Of a DNA stretch of 64,000 nucleotides, positions 26,370 to 38,161 are shown piece after piece. Where the stretch lies: contig CM007989.1 in the NCBI GenBank assembly GCA_002189035.1, forward strand, positions 5,952,001 to 6,016,000, given 5' to 3'. A program made the translations under genes and the position numbers. The notes below the pieces were generated by a model. It was not told where the DNA came from. It worked only from the letters and a program-made list of their open reading frames with translations, and made no database searches. The stretch's first letter is position 1. Every line of letters starts with the position of its first letter. Origin of the DNA: Utricularia gibba. Lineage: Eukaryota; Plantae; Magnoliophyta.

Positions 26370-27956
26370 CGACGCAGGGAATGGGATAAACAGCAAACCT
26401 GAGGGGCATGCAATGAAATTATTAAAACATTTATACGAAAAGATGTAGTTGGTATTTAGGTAAGAAGAGGTTGCAGTGGAGAGGAGAGGAGAGGAGAAAG
26501 CCAAGAAACAAGTCTCATATTCAAATCGTATAAAAAGAGTAAAGCAGATGGTTTCCTTTGGACAGATGAGAGAAGTGGCCTACATGGCGTCCAAGTCGAA
26601 GGAGTTAGGTGTGGCTGGTAACCAGTATTTGCAGGGGCATGAAGAAAACTGCATGGGGGCTACCTACTGAGAGCTGATAGTTACGTGTCCCCATGCCGAT
26701 GACCTGAACAACTCCTGGAGCTGGATCTGCAGATGATGGGAATATTTAACACAATTCACAAATGGAAACTTGTGGCTTCCGTCTACCTACTGAAGTAAAT
26801 TGGCGTTGAAAGACAATGTCATGTAAAGATGGAGAGGAGAGACAGTTGCCCACCACGTGAAGAAAAATATCTATACCCGATCGGGAAGTGTGAGCAGATT
26901 GCATAGAATATCAACGCTACTACCCTCAGAGAGCATCAAAAAGGAGAGGAGTTCACACCATACAGCGTCGCCTCTTCGGCAAGCAGTTGTGGATTTATTC
27001 AAGAGCTTGAAGGAATTATCACCTCTTTAATTCAACATATTTATTTCATCTTTTAGAGTCATTCTGGATCTGAATGGAAAGCTGCAAAAAATCATAAATT
27101 GTATTATACTTTAGAAGTAGATATACAAATATTTGCCCTTAAACCTAATCCATGGGATATTTATCCAACAAGCATATACAAAATGGAAGCCAGTTGTACA
27201 AAATATTCTCTTTCCAAAAATGCGTATGTATTGCTCACTTGTTATAAAGCAATTGCAAAATAGTGATTTGTTACGCGGAGGGGTATGGTGAGGCGCATGA
27301 ATGGAACAAAAGGACACATCTACTGATAAATCAAAATTTTGATATCATCCTAAAAATAAAATTTTTGAATCAAATAAGTTTATAAATCATAATATATACA
27401 AAATATAAATTAATCACAAATTATATGGTGGGTTTCATGATCCAATTCTAATTTCACGTATGTTTCAATGTCAACTTTGGTAATAGCACTTAGCTAAAAC
27501 AAGCAGCGAAGGTGATGATAATAATAAAACAACAAGGTCTTGACTCTACATTTACCAAATACAAAATTTGAGGACTTAAGTGTTCTAGGTGAGTTTGCTC
27601 ACTCAACCCTTAATTATAAAACTCTGATGTGCTAATAACTCAATAAGGTCTAAGTGAGTTTTTGAGAAAATTTTTAAAATGTGTTTTTATTTTTGAAAAA
27701 ATAAAAATAAAAATAGTTTGTAAAAGTAGAAGTAAAAAATAAATATTCTAGAAAACTATGAAAAAATTTACATAGAAATATTTTTGAAATAATGAATATT
27801 TTAAACAAAAATATTTTTGAAGCTAAAATGCGTTGTATAGTTTTTTATTGTTAATGTTTATTCTTTTTTAATATATAATTAAAAATTAAATTAAATTAAA
27901 AACATTCCAAATATTATTTTGAAATACATGATTCTACATTAGTAACGGTGATTATT

Positions 27957-28800
27957 CTAAAAATGATCACAAATATTATCACGAAGTATTGCCATTAGAT
28001 TCATTGTTGACATTGCTTCTCCTTTATCCAACTCATCGTTAGTTTCATGCAATAAATTTGAATCATTATATTCAATCAAATCTTGTCCTTCATCTTTAGC
28101 ACTAACTTGTCGAAGAAAATTATATGACCATGGTTGCACCAACCAAACGTACTTGGTAATGTAATTTCATATTAAATGGCACATCATTCACAATATGAAA
28201 ACATTTCTTCCATACACTAAAAGCTCTTTCAATTAAAAAATGTAGAGCAGAATCCCAATAATTGAACAACTCCTCAAGACGAACTCTATCTTCAGCTGAA
28301 AAGCATGCTTTTATATGAGTCCCATCAATGGCTTCCTGAAAATATGGAAAAAATCGAAGCTTATTTCTAATATATGGTAATACCTTTGTGAAATTATATC
28401 TCAATTTAAACCAAACTGTGGCTATACTATCACACATTAGCATATACATTATAAAAGGATTTATTAATAGTATCTCTCCCCTCTGAAAGAATTCTTACAA
28501 ACTTCGATTGCCCATTCTTGTACCTACAACTTTTAGGAAAATTGCTACTTACTCTTCCACAGTAATATATCTTTTTGTTAGCCTGAAATCATCAACAAAT
28601 AATGCATAAAATTTAATAAAGATTGACGGTTTCATTCGAAGATCTTGATAGAATCTAATATCTCCTCCATTCAGCATATTTAACAAGAGAGCCCACCCTA
28701 AGGTTGGATGATTGTGGATTATATTTTTTTCCAAATATTGATTATAATAACCATGAAAAATAATGAATAAATTAGTTCTTTCCCCTAGAAAAGACATTTG
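27957..28800 (-). mobile_element. PIF/Harbinger transposase remnant, internally deleted
   Basis: RFYQDLRMKPSIF...TVEE (N-terminus), AIDGTHI (first catalytic D), then ELFNYWDSALHFLIERAFSVWKKCF (DDE_Tnp_4 C-terminus) with the intervening core missing. Confidence 0.75.
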
Positions 28801-29137
28801 CTCCTAGATTTATTTGAGTTCATCATCATTATCTTCTTTGATATCACGATCATGATATTGAGCACTCTCTTCAGAAAAAAAATTGAAAGGATTTGAAGAA
28901 GAAACCATCTCACAAAGATAGGTGAAGAAAAGAATATGAATTTCTTTATAATAAAAACCTTTGATAATGCATATTCATTTTCATATACAATGTTTTTTAT
29001 CTAAAAAAAAAAAAGGTCACATGTTATATTATATTCTTTACTAAATACAAAGTTCAAAGACAAAAGATCACATTAATGCGTAAAGAGTTTTTTTTTAAAC
29101 ACAAAGTTTCTAAATAATAGATCGCATAAAGTAGCAT

Positions 29138-29716
29138 CCGCTTCAGGTACCCAATCCTCACGGTTTTTCATTCATCCATTTTGGGGAAAAAGTTTTGTAC
29201 AAAATTAACAAGATCCCTCTACTTAAGTATGTCCTCTCTCCCGTCCATTATCAATGTAGGATACTGTATCATTACTAGAACATTGATCTTATATTCTTCC
29301 TCTTTTAGATACTTAGTGCCCTCGTTGAATGCCACCGCATCCCACCATTGGCACGAGCACATGTTTGACTTTGATATCAAATATCATGATTCACCCTTGT
29401 CTTATATGATATTGTCCGCTTCAGATACTCAACCCTTACAGTTTTATGTTCAACCCATTATCAATGTAGGATACTGTATCATTACTAGAACATTGATCTT
29501 ATATTCTTCCTCTTTTAGATACTTAGCACCCTCGTTGAATGCCACCGCATCCCACCATTGGCATGAGCACATGTTTGACTTTGATATCAAATATCATGAC
29601 TCACCTTTGTCTTGTACGATATTGTCCGCTTCAGATACTCAACCCTTACAGTTTTATGTTCACCCCTTCTAAAAAAAGGCTTCGTATAAGATTAATAGAG
29701 TTCCTCTATTTAAACC
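29138..29716 (-). mobile_element. Tandem-array TRIM (LTR-core-LTR-core-LTR), same family as 1402-2072
   Basis: 210-bp direct repeat (29245-29454 / 29455-29664). Each core carries a PPT (CTAAAAGAGGAAGAA on minus) and a degenerate Met PBS (TGATATCAAAGTC). The middle LTR is internally deleted and the outer LTRs are truncated. Confidence 0.75.
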
Positions 29717-29884
29717 CATTCTTTTTCAAAAAAAAGTTGCAAAACAAGATATCACAAGCAACAATACAAAACAAGAAAAGAATTAACAATAGTAAGAATT
29801 ATCTAAACCATCATGAGATCCAAATGAAGATCTACCACAATAAGGTAAAACTCTTGAGGTATTAGTCTCTAGTTTTGGTGAGGT

Positions 29885-30740
29885 ATGCATGATCCACTTT
29901 TCACTGGCATCATCATCATCAATCATCATAAAAATTTCTCAATTTGAAGCATTTTTAATCAAATCTAATGTAATAAATCACAAATTATTTTCTGCTTGAA
30001 TGTTGGTCATGAAGTTAATTTTTTTTTTTATTCAAGTACCTCTGAAGCACTAGCCTATTGTTCAAATGAGTTAGTTATTCAATCGCTATTCTTACAATTT
30101 ACTTTTGATTTATTTGGTTTCGGTACTGTCTGTACATCTTGGTCTCAATATCAATATTGGTTTGTTGAGGATTCATGGATTGAATATCATCGAGTGATGA
30201 TGACATTAGTATCAGATTATTCTCAAATTGATTTATGAAATTTCTTTGTCAAATCTTAACATGTCACTTATCGCTTAGGAGCATATCCAACTATAAAATC
30301 AAATAGTTTTTGAATCAAGTTTGGTAACATTGATGTCTTATCTCTGAAATTCTTTGCGTGAAACATTTTTTGTATAAAAATAAAACACATTCTAGCAATT
30401 CATGATTACAAATGATTGAAGTAAACATATACTAGAGTTTAGTTAAAAACATGATCCTACGAATCTTGATCCATTTTAATCATTCATTTATCTTTGTACC
30501 ATTCTATGCCGGTCATATTACTCAATTTTTTATAGACACTCCAATACTCTCATAGTGCATTTCACCTATTCTTGATTCGCATCATGTCAAAGTGGTAATT
30601 TTGTGCATTGTTCATAGTACTAAAGAGGTGTTCCCAACTTTCTTGTCAAATGATGTGTTTATGAAATTTCTCTTCTCCAACTCCACAATTGCAAGTCGCA
30701 AATATGTTTGTATGGAAATTGATTCCCAGAAAATTTTTTT
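29885..30740 (-). mobile_element. PIF/Harbinger Myb/SANT-like ORF remnant
   Basis: Decayed frames W...TYLRLAIVELEKRN...FDKKVG, IKNR*NAL*EYWSVYKKLSNMTGIEW and EIFMMIDDDD..KWI resemble the Myb_DNA-bind_3 companion ORF. Same strand as the adjacent transposase. Confidence 0.55.
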
Positions 30741-32109
30741 GAAACAATGAAACTAAGTTGCTTAGTTGCACCAGTAGCCTTCTACTTTCTTATATCGTTA
30801 TTAGATTCTATTGCCTATGGAAATAATACAAAAAATCCATTAGAAGGGTGCAATTCTTAATATGATGGTTTTAGAATTAAATACAAATGTACCAATAATT
30901 TATTTGAACTCAAAAGTTATTGAAATCAATCAACACAGAATATTATCAAGAAATCAAAGTGCTTTTAAAACAATCTTATCAATTGATATCAAAAGGAAAA
31001 ATTCTAGAAGAGATTTTATGTCCGTCTATAAGAAAGATCAATATCTAATAGCTACAGTTTATGGAATGAACTTGCAGTCTAGGTTCCATGAATATATATG
31101 AAAAAACATACAAAACAACAACCAATTAATTGATTATTAAATTCATGAAAACAATGAAGTTATAAATGTGGATGCAATTAGTAAATCTAGACACAAACAA
31201 ACATAAAAATAGTTTATGAATCCAATTTGTAAACTGATAACTATTATAACACCATCCTTTATTTAGTAGAATTATAGTATTAATCACGATTCGAGAGCTA
31301 TTTCATCTCTTTTGATAACTCATACTTTCTTCATGCTTGATTCTAACTCTTACACCTCACACTTTCGCAAATTGATTAGGTATAATGTGTCATACCAATA
31401 ATGTTTAATGGAACTTTTTTCTTTAGGTATTTGAGTTCATTCCAAGATTTTGATATATTCCCTTAAGGTTTTATAGTACGAAAGTGCATATTGATAAAAA
31501 AGAATATTGTGAAAGATGAAAGCAAACCTTAAATTAAATATAAAAAAATTTGGTAAAATAAACATATGTATACGATCTTACACAAGAATTACTTCATCAC
31601 ATATCTTTAGTCTCAAATATCTACATGTGCATGTTCGACTATATTATACAAAAATTAATGAAAAACAAAAGAAAACGGAACCAAAAACACCCAGGCCCCA
31701 AGCAACTTAATGCTTAGCTTTTTATATAGGTGTGATTATTTGATGGGATTTCTTGATAAGATAGAATCCAAATTAAGATTCACATCTTATCTTGATCTAG
31801 AATTTTTGAATAAATCTTTATTCAAATAGTCTAATTTTTAATTTTACTAAAATCAATTCTAATTTCCTTTAATTTAATTGAAATTATTCTAAAAATTTAC
31901 AAAATATTTTTTTTTCAAAAAGATCAAATTGATATAAAAGATATAATATTTATTAAAAATATAAAGAAAATAAAATAAAAAGAAGATATAAAATTATCTA
32001 AAAGAATTATAAAAAAATATAATTATAAATGATATAAAATCACTTATCCCCATTTTATTGTCTTAAACAAGTTCCAATGTCATGATTTAATAAATTATAA
32101 GTTTATTTT

Positions 32110-32350
32110 TTGGAAGATGTGTTTGAAAGGAATGAAGAAGTTTATACTTTATTTTTTTAAGAAAGGTGATTTATAACAATTTTTGATTATCAATGTTTAT
32201 ATGGATGATTTGATTTACACAAGAAATTGTCGTGTCTTGATGTATAACTTTTGAAAGTTTGTAATAAAGCATTTTGACATAACTGATTTGTGGAAAATGA
32301 GATATTTCCTTGGGATAAAAGTAGTGGAGTGGAAGGTTTTTATGTTCATA
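32110..32350 (+). mobile_element. Copia reverse-transcriptase fragment
   Basis: INVYMDDLIYT...FDITDLWKMRYFLGIKV matches the Copia RT motif LYVDDLI.TG...F.MTDLG.M.YFLGIEV. Confidence 0.65.
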
Positions 32351-32821
32351 TTACATTCAATTATTGACACAATGGTGTGGAAATTAAGTATATTTAAAGA
32401 AAATTTTAAATTGGACGTATATTTGATGTTATTTTTAAATTTTACAAAAAAATATACTTGCATCTGCACATTATAATTATTAGATGAAATCATTAATATT
32501 ACATTTGATTAAATAAAACTAATGTTTAAATACAATCAAAATTAATTAGAAGATTGAAATATTTTTTATTCAAGTAAAATAAATTTAAGGTAATTTGGAA
32601 TAAAAATATCATAAAAAAGAACACACAATAGCATAATCGGGCTCTCCTCTTATGGTCCGATAGTGCTTTGGGTAGCCCAGAAGATTTATTATAACGGGGT
32701 TGGCCCCTTATCAGATACCATTATGTTTATTATTTTTGTCTGAACGAAACTTGCAGTTGCAGATATTTTAACTCTTTTCGTTGTGTGGCTACTTCTCTCT
32801 GCCGTCCACCAGCAATTCGCA

Positions 32822-34767
32822 ATGCCGGTGGCTACCTTCTGCCTATCGGTGTCTTCCACTGCATCGCAAGAGCCTCCAAATGCTTCAACCCCCATTCAGC
32901 AGCCACCAATTTCGCGGCCGCCTACAAAAATCATACTACCGCAGAAGAAACCTTTGAAATGGTCGACTGGCGTATCGCCTGGGGAATACGGAGGTCCCCC
33001 AATTACTACCAAGCTTCGGAAATACTGGGGCGGCGATGATGAGGACCCTCTAGAATCTGATGATTACTTGTGGAATAAAGAATTCATGGGGCGCATGAAA
33101 AAATTAATTCACAAACCGGATGATAATGTTGTCGCCTCTGATAAACTCAAGGTCTTCTTTTATCTTATTTTCACTTTTCATGACATACATGATCCTGCTA
33201 TTCGTTTTGTCTATCTGGCTGGAGGTCTGGTATTACCGTCATTCTGATGCCTTTGTTTTCCTCTGACGTTGGATGAGTGGATATTATTCTTTTTTGGATT
33301 AAAAGCTTTTTCTGAGGGTTTAAACTGATAGCTCGTGGAGTATCCAGTTTGATGTCTTGATGTTATCATTGTGGACGTGCGCATTAGCTGAGCTTATTTT
33401 AACCCAGGGATTTCCATGGCAGGAGGTGCCCTCTGGTTTTCTAAGCTTGAATAGAGTGATGAGCTTGGATAAGTATGGCTATCTTTTTTTAAATCCGAAT
33501 ATCTTCTTATTGGGTGTTTCTGTATCCCCGTGTTCTTTAACAATGCAACTCCTATTTTTTCTTTTCTTGACTTCACAGTTTGGAGTTAGATTTAAGTGGA
33601 AAACTTGCAGCAGCCCCAAAATCTGCTGAGGAACAGCCCAAGGAAGAACGTGTAGCTTTTTGTTTCTTTCCTATTTTCACATGTCATGTTTTTTTCTTCT
33701 GACTTTCGCTTACAACCGCAATATGAATTGGCATAGAATGCTATAGCAACACGTAGTAGAAGATGGAAAGCTGCCCCGACACGTCGTGAGCAAGATAGGT
33801 GGGATAGAGCAACGAAGGCTGCCACTGGAGGGAGTGTAAGTCATTTCTTACAAGGCCAGCATACTCCATCACAACCCCCAACCCATCCCTGGCTTAACTT
33901 TTCTTACTTTGAAGCATATTTTCTTCCCTATAAAGGATGTTATGTTTCGCGAAGCGAAACGGCCCAGAGGGGATCCTTATGTGTTGGCTGCACAGTCAAG
34001 GGAACAGTATTATAAGTTGAAGAATAAGTTGCAATTGCTGACACTGGGAATTGGTGGCATTGGATTAGTTTCAGCATACTTTTCTTACTCTCCTGAAATT
34101 TCAGCAAGGTGCATAATGATCTCATTAACTAAATAAGGGTTTGTGTAAAATCACGTTTAAGCATAATTCACAAGTTAGCTACCTACTAAGTGTAATCATG
34201 TTTGCATTGAATTCTTACAGCTATGGCGCTGGCTTGGTGGGATCTCTAGTCTACATGAAAATGCTTGGGAATACTGTTGACTCCATGGCCGATGGAGCAA
34301 AGGGCCTCATCAAGTATGTCTTCTGAATTCCTTCATACTTCATGGAACTTTCCTAGTTGAGTCTCGCGATTCTTGAACCACAGTGGCTCAACCCAATGCA
34401 TCTTGTGGATCAAATATTTGTTTTTCCAAGGATTTTGTTTCTTGAAGTACCTGAACTGGTAAACTTCTGTTTACAGGGGAGCCGTCGGACAACCAAGGTT
34501 GTTGGTCCCTGTTATCTTGGTCATGTTATATAATAGATGGAATGGGTAAGGCCGCACTCTCTTCTTCACGTTAGTTTTCATAAACTCAAGTCTACGCTTT
34601 AGAATAAACAAAAGACATCTTCTTGTAGGATTCTAGTTCCAGAATACGGATTCTTTCACCTTGAGCTGATCCCGATGCTCGTCGGGTTTTTCACGTACAA
34701 GATCGCTACTTTCGTTCAAGCCATCGATGATGCTGTGGGTGAACTCGGGAGAAGAACAAGAACCTAA
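32822..34767 (+). CDS. CGL160: CGL160, chloroplast ATP synthase CFo assembly factor (AtpI-like), 8 exons
   Basis: Exons 32822-33151, 33423-33472, 33579-~33650, 33737-33835, 33936-34108, 34221-34313, 34477-34545, 34629-34767. Motifs WSTGVSPGEYGGPP, APTRREQDRWDRATKAATGGSDVMFRE, YYKLKNKLQLLTLGIGG, QPRLLVPV, ELIPMLVGFFTYKIATF. Confidence 0.92.
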
Positions 34768-37700
34768 GTTTGTTAATGGCGCACGTCATGCAGCCCTTGA
34801 AAGTACATAAAGGTTCATTTTCTAGTTCCCATTTCAGCATATAAGAACAGTGCGCAGATCCATGAATACTGAATGTGGGAATTCTCTATGGTGGTCCTCA
34901 AAACAGATTCAATGCCGTCGTCAAGTGTTGTAGGATTTTTGCATCACGAAACGAGAGTTCTTCCGGAATGGGAAACTTGAAGACTACTGTGTGTGTGCAA
35001 AGTCATTACATGAATAAAACAATGAATCTCATTATTCCATGGTTCGACAACATCGTACAAACCAATATGCTAAGCATCATGGACCATACTAAGAATAATT
35101 CTATCGTCTTTTACCAATTGAACTCTTTGCCTAGCAACTTCCGTTCCATGTATTGTTTGAAATATTAGTGAATTTCTAACTCTAAACAATCTTAGGGTGT
35201 GTTGGGTTAGAGATATGGCTAGATATGGGATTTGGTAATCATTAGGTAATAGGGAGTAATTAGTATCAGATGGGGTATGAGAGTAATGTGTTTTGTTAGA
35301 ATAAAAAGAGATAGTATTTGTTTTTAATTTTTTTTTACTATTTTATATCAATTACAATTATACGTTTAAGTAAAAAATATAAAATTCTATTGAGTAATGA
35401 GACTTATATATTTTCTATTACTAGGTTTCATTTACTGCTTTAGAGAATGGTGTGAAGTTCTTTAAGCAATCGTTCATGGAAAAAAAGTTTGAGTCGAGGA
35501 ATAATAAAAAACCTTGATTTTTGCTTTCAAATAGATAATTGCAGATAAATGTAAGTGTGATAATTCATTTAAAACCTAATATCTTGATGCATTGAAGTAT
35601 ATATTGAAGAAAATGTTACCAAAGACTAACATCATGGGTAACCATATAAGGTTTGGAAAAGAAACTTTAGAAAAATATACCACTTTGTTTCAAGATCTAG
35701 AAATAATCTTAATTTAATCATACATAAGATTGATGCGATTGAACATTGGGATAAGTTGTTAAAGTTACAATTTAATTGACCTTTGATTTAACATTATGTA
35801 TACTAATTCGTACAATTTTATTGCTTTCTTTTATTTTGCATAGCACAAATGTAAAAATAATTAACACGAAATTTTATTAAATTTGAAATCAGAACTTGTT
35901 CATGGTATTATGAATTGATTCACTTTTTAAAAATTTTAAACATTGTTTAATTATTTGTTACATGGTTTTGACAAATTAATGTGTTTTTTTTTTTTACAAT
36001 TTTGAAACTTAATCATTGAATTTTTATATTGACCAAAATTTGAGATGTTTTTATTATAATTTTTTCAAAGAATTAGTTTTTTTACTAGTAAAAAAATAAT
36101 AACTACATCAATATTTATATTTTTTGAAATGGAAATTCTTCAGAAAATAACAACTTCACATCAAGTTTGGAAATTTCCGCATGTAATATATACAGCGCTT
36201 TTAAAAGGGGGTCAAATACGGCATGTACGTTGGAGATGATATTATGAATAATTAATTTTAGCGATCACGTGCTTAATTTGCTCGTTATTACAAACACGTG
36301 ACACTCAAATCCGGGTGTTAAGAAAGTCAAAGACGATCAGTTGATGACTCCTAGATACAATCTCTTCTTGTCTGTCTTCTTCTAACTGGAAAAGACGCAG
36401 CTGGTCTATAAATACAATCTCTTCCCATAAACACCATACCTGCTAATAGCTCCTGATCACGATGAGTACCAGAAGCCTCTCCTTCTTCGCCATCCTCTTC
36501 TGCTTGTGTTGTTTGCTTGCCCCTTCTCGAGCTCGCACTCTTTCCTTCGACGAGTTCATGCGTTGCGCGAATATCGCGCTCCCCACTGCCACCGTTTCCA
36601 CGATCAGTGTTCTCAGCTACGGCGCCAAGGGCGACGGCATCACCGACGATTCCAAGGTTGTAAGATGGGGTGGTAGAGGCGTCAGCTGATAATTCATTTG
36701 TTTGTCAAGTTTCTTAGCTTTTGCTGTTGCTGTTGTTGATTTCAGGCGTTCAGTCAGGCCTGGAAGCAGGCTTGTGCCTCTACCCAGGAAGTGAATTTGG
36801 TGATACCCAATAAGGTTTTCCTTCTGAAACCAGTGACGTTTTCCGGTCCCTGTAAATCGAAGATCAACGTTCAGATCTCCGGCGACATCGTGGCTTCTAC
36901 ATCCTCATCGGATTACACCAGCACCCATTGGCTCACATTTACCGGCGTCTCGAACCTGGTGGTGGAAGGCGGCGGAACCATCGACGGCAGAGGAAGCGTC
37001 TGGTGGCAAAAATCTTGCAAAGTGGATAAATCGAAGGTCTTTGGTTATTTCATTCGCTTGCTTTTTCCTTTTTCTTCATTAAAAAAAAAAGAAGAAGATC
37101 GAGACTAAATATTCTTTTCTTTTTCTTTCATGCAGCCGTGCAAGAATGCTCCAACGGTCAGTCCCAGAATCGACAATCCTGTCCCCATGCAAAAGAAATA
37201 AATAAAAAATGGTAGTATTTATTTGTTGATTTTATATGCAGGCTTTGACTTTTGAAAGTTGCACCAACTTGGTGGTGAAGAACATCAAGGTTATCAACTC
37301 GCAGCAAATTCACTTGACGTTCAACTCCTGCAAAAACGTCGTCGCTTCGGGGCTCACGGTGACCGCGCCGGGGAACAGCCCAACACCGACGGCGTCCACA
37401 TCTCCCGCAGTCAGAACGTCACGGTCTCATCGACCACCATAGCCACAGGTTCGCCGCTTTAGTTAACCGCCTTCATGTTGTTCATGTCTCCCGGCTCACG
37501 TTGGCTCCCACGGTTCGATGCAGGTGACGACTGTATCTCCATCGTGACCGGCTCGACGCTGATCCGCGCCACCGGAATTACATGCGGACCGGGCCATGGC
37601 ATCAGTATTGGGAGTTTGGGAGAGAAGGGCTCGCCGGCTTTGGTGCAAAACGTCGTCGTTGATGGAGCCAACTTCACCGGATCATCCAACGGAGTCCGAA

Positions 37701-38161
37701 TCAAGACCTGGGAGGTAATCTTAAGCTCAAACTCTGCCTGCAAGTGCAACTCCGTTCCAAGTTCCAGCAGGGCATTGTGAACAACTCGCGTGTTTGTGTG
37801 TGTGCAGCGCGGATCCGGGACGGCGAGCGACATCACGCTCAAGAACATACGCATGCACAATGTGCAGAACTCCATCATCATCGACTAGGACTACTGCGAC
37901 AAGGCCGTCCAGTCATGCTCATCATCCGTACGAATCCCATACATTTCCGATGTTCATCTTCTGATCTGTACTGCAGCTTAAGTTTCCGATGCTAAAACTT
38001 TCAGGAAGGAGCGGTGCTGATCGAGAACGTGCTGTACGAGAACATCTCCGGCACCAGCGCCTCAAAGTACGCCATCACGTTGAACTGCAGCGAGAAGTCG
38101 TCGTGCCAAAAGATCCAGTTCAATAGCATCAACTTGACTGCTCAGAGCGGGGGGAAGTCTT

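Noticed and set aside
26370-26504. N-terminal extension of the ABCG ORF (628-aa call starting at 26504)
   Set aside because: It begins at a non-ATG codon in CT-rich 5' UTR-like sequence. MNRVVA at 26369 resembles the clade's usual start.
29138-29716. 210-bp repeats as a CRISPR array, satellite, or repeat-containing 163-aa protein
   Set aside because: Eukaryotic context, no unique spacers, and PBS/PPT/LTR organisation explain it as a TRIM.
30800-31700. Possible additional solo LTR
   Set aside because: LTR-like composition, but no confident termini or TSD.
32783-32821. Longer start for CGL160 from the ORF track
   Set aside because: Non-ATG start. The ATG at 32822 gives a plausible transit peptide.
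35194-35230. Tourist-like start TTAGGGTGTGTTGGG, and an isolated end CCAAACACACCCCTA near 61270
   Set aside because: No matching opposite TIR nearby for either.
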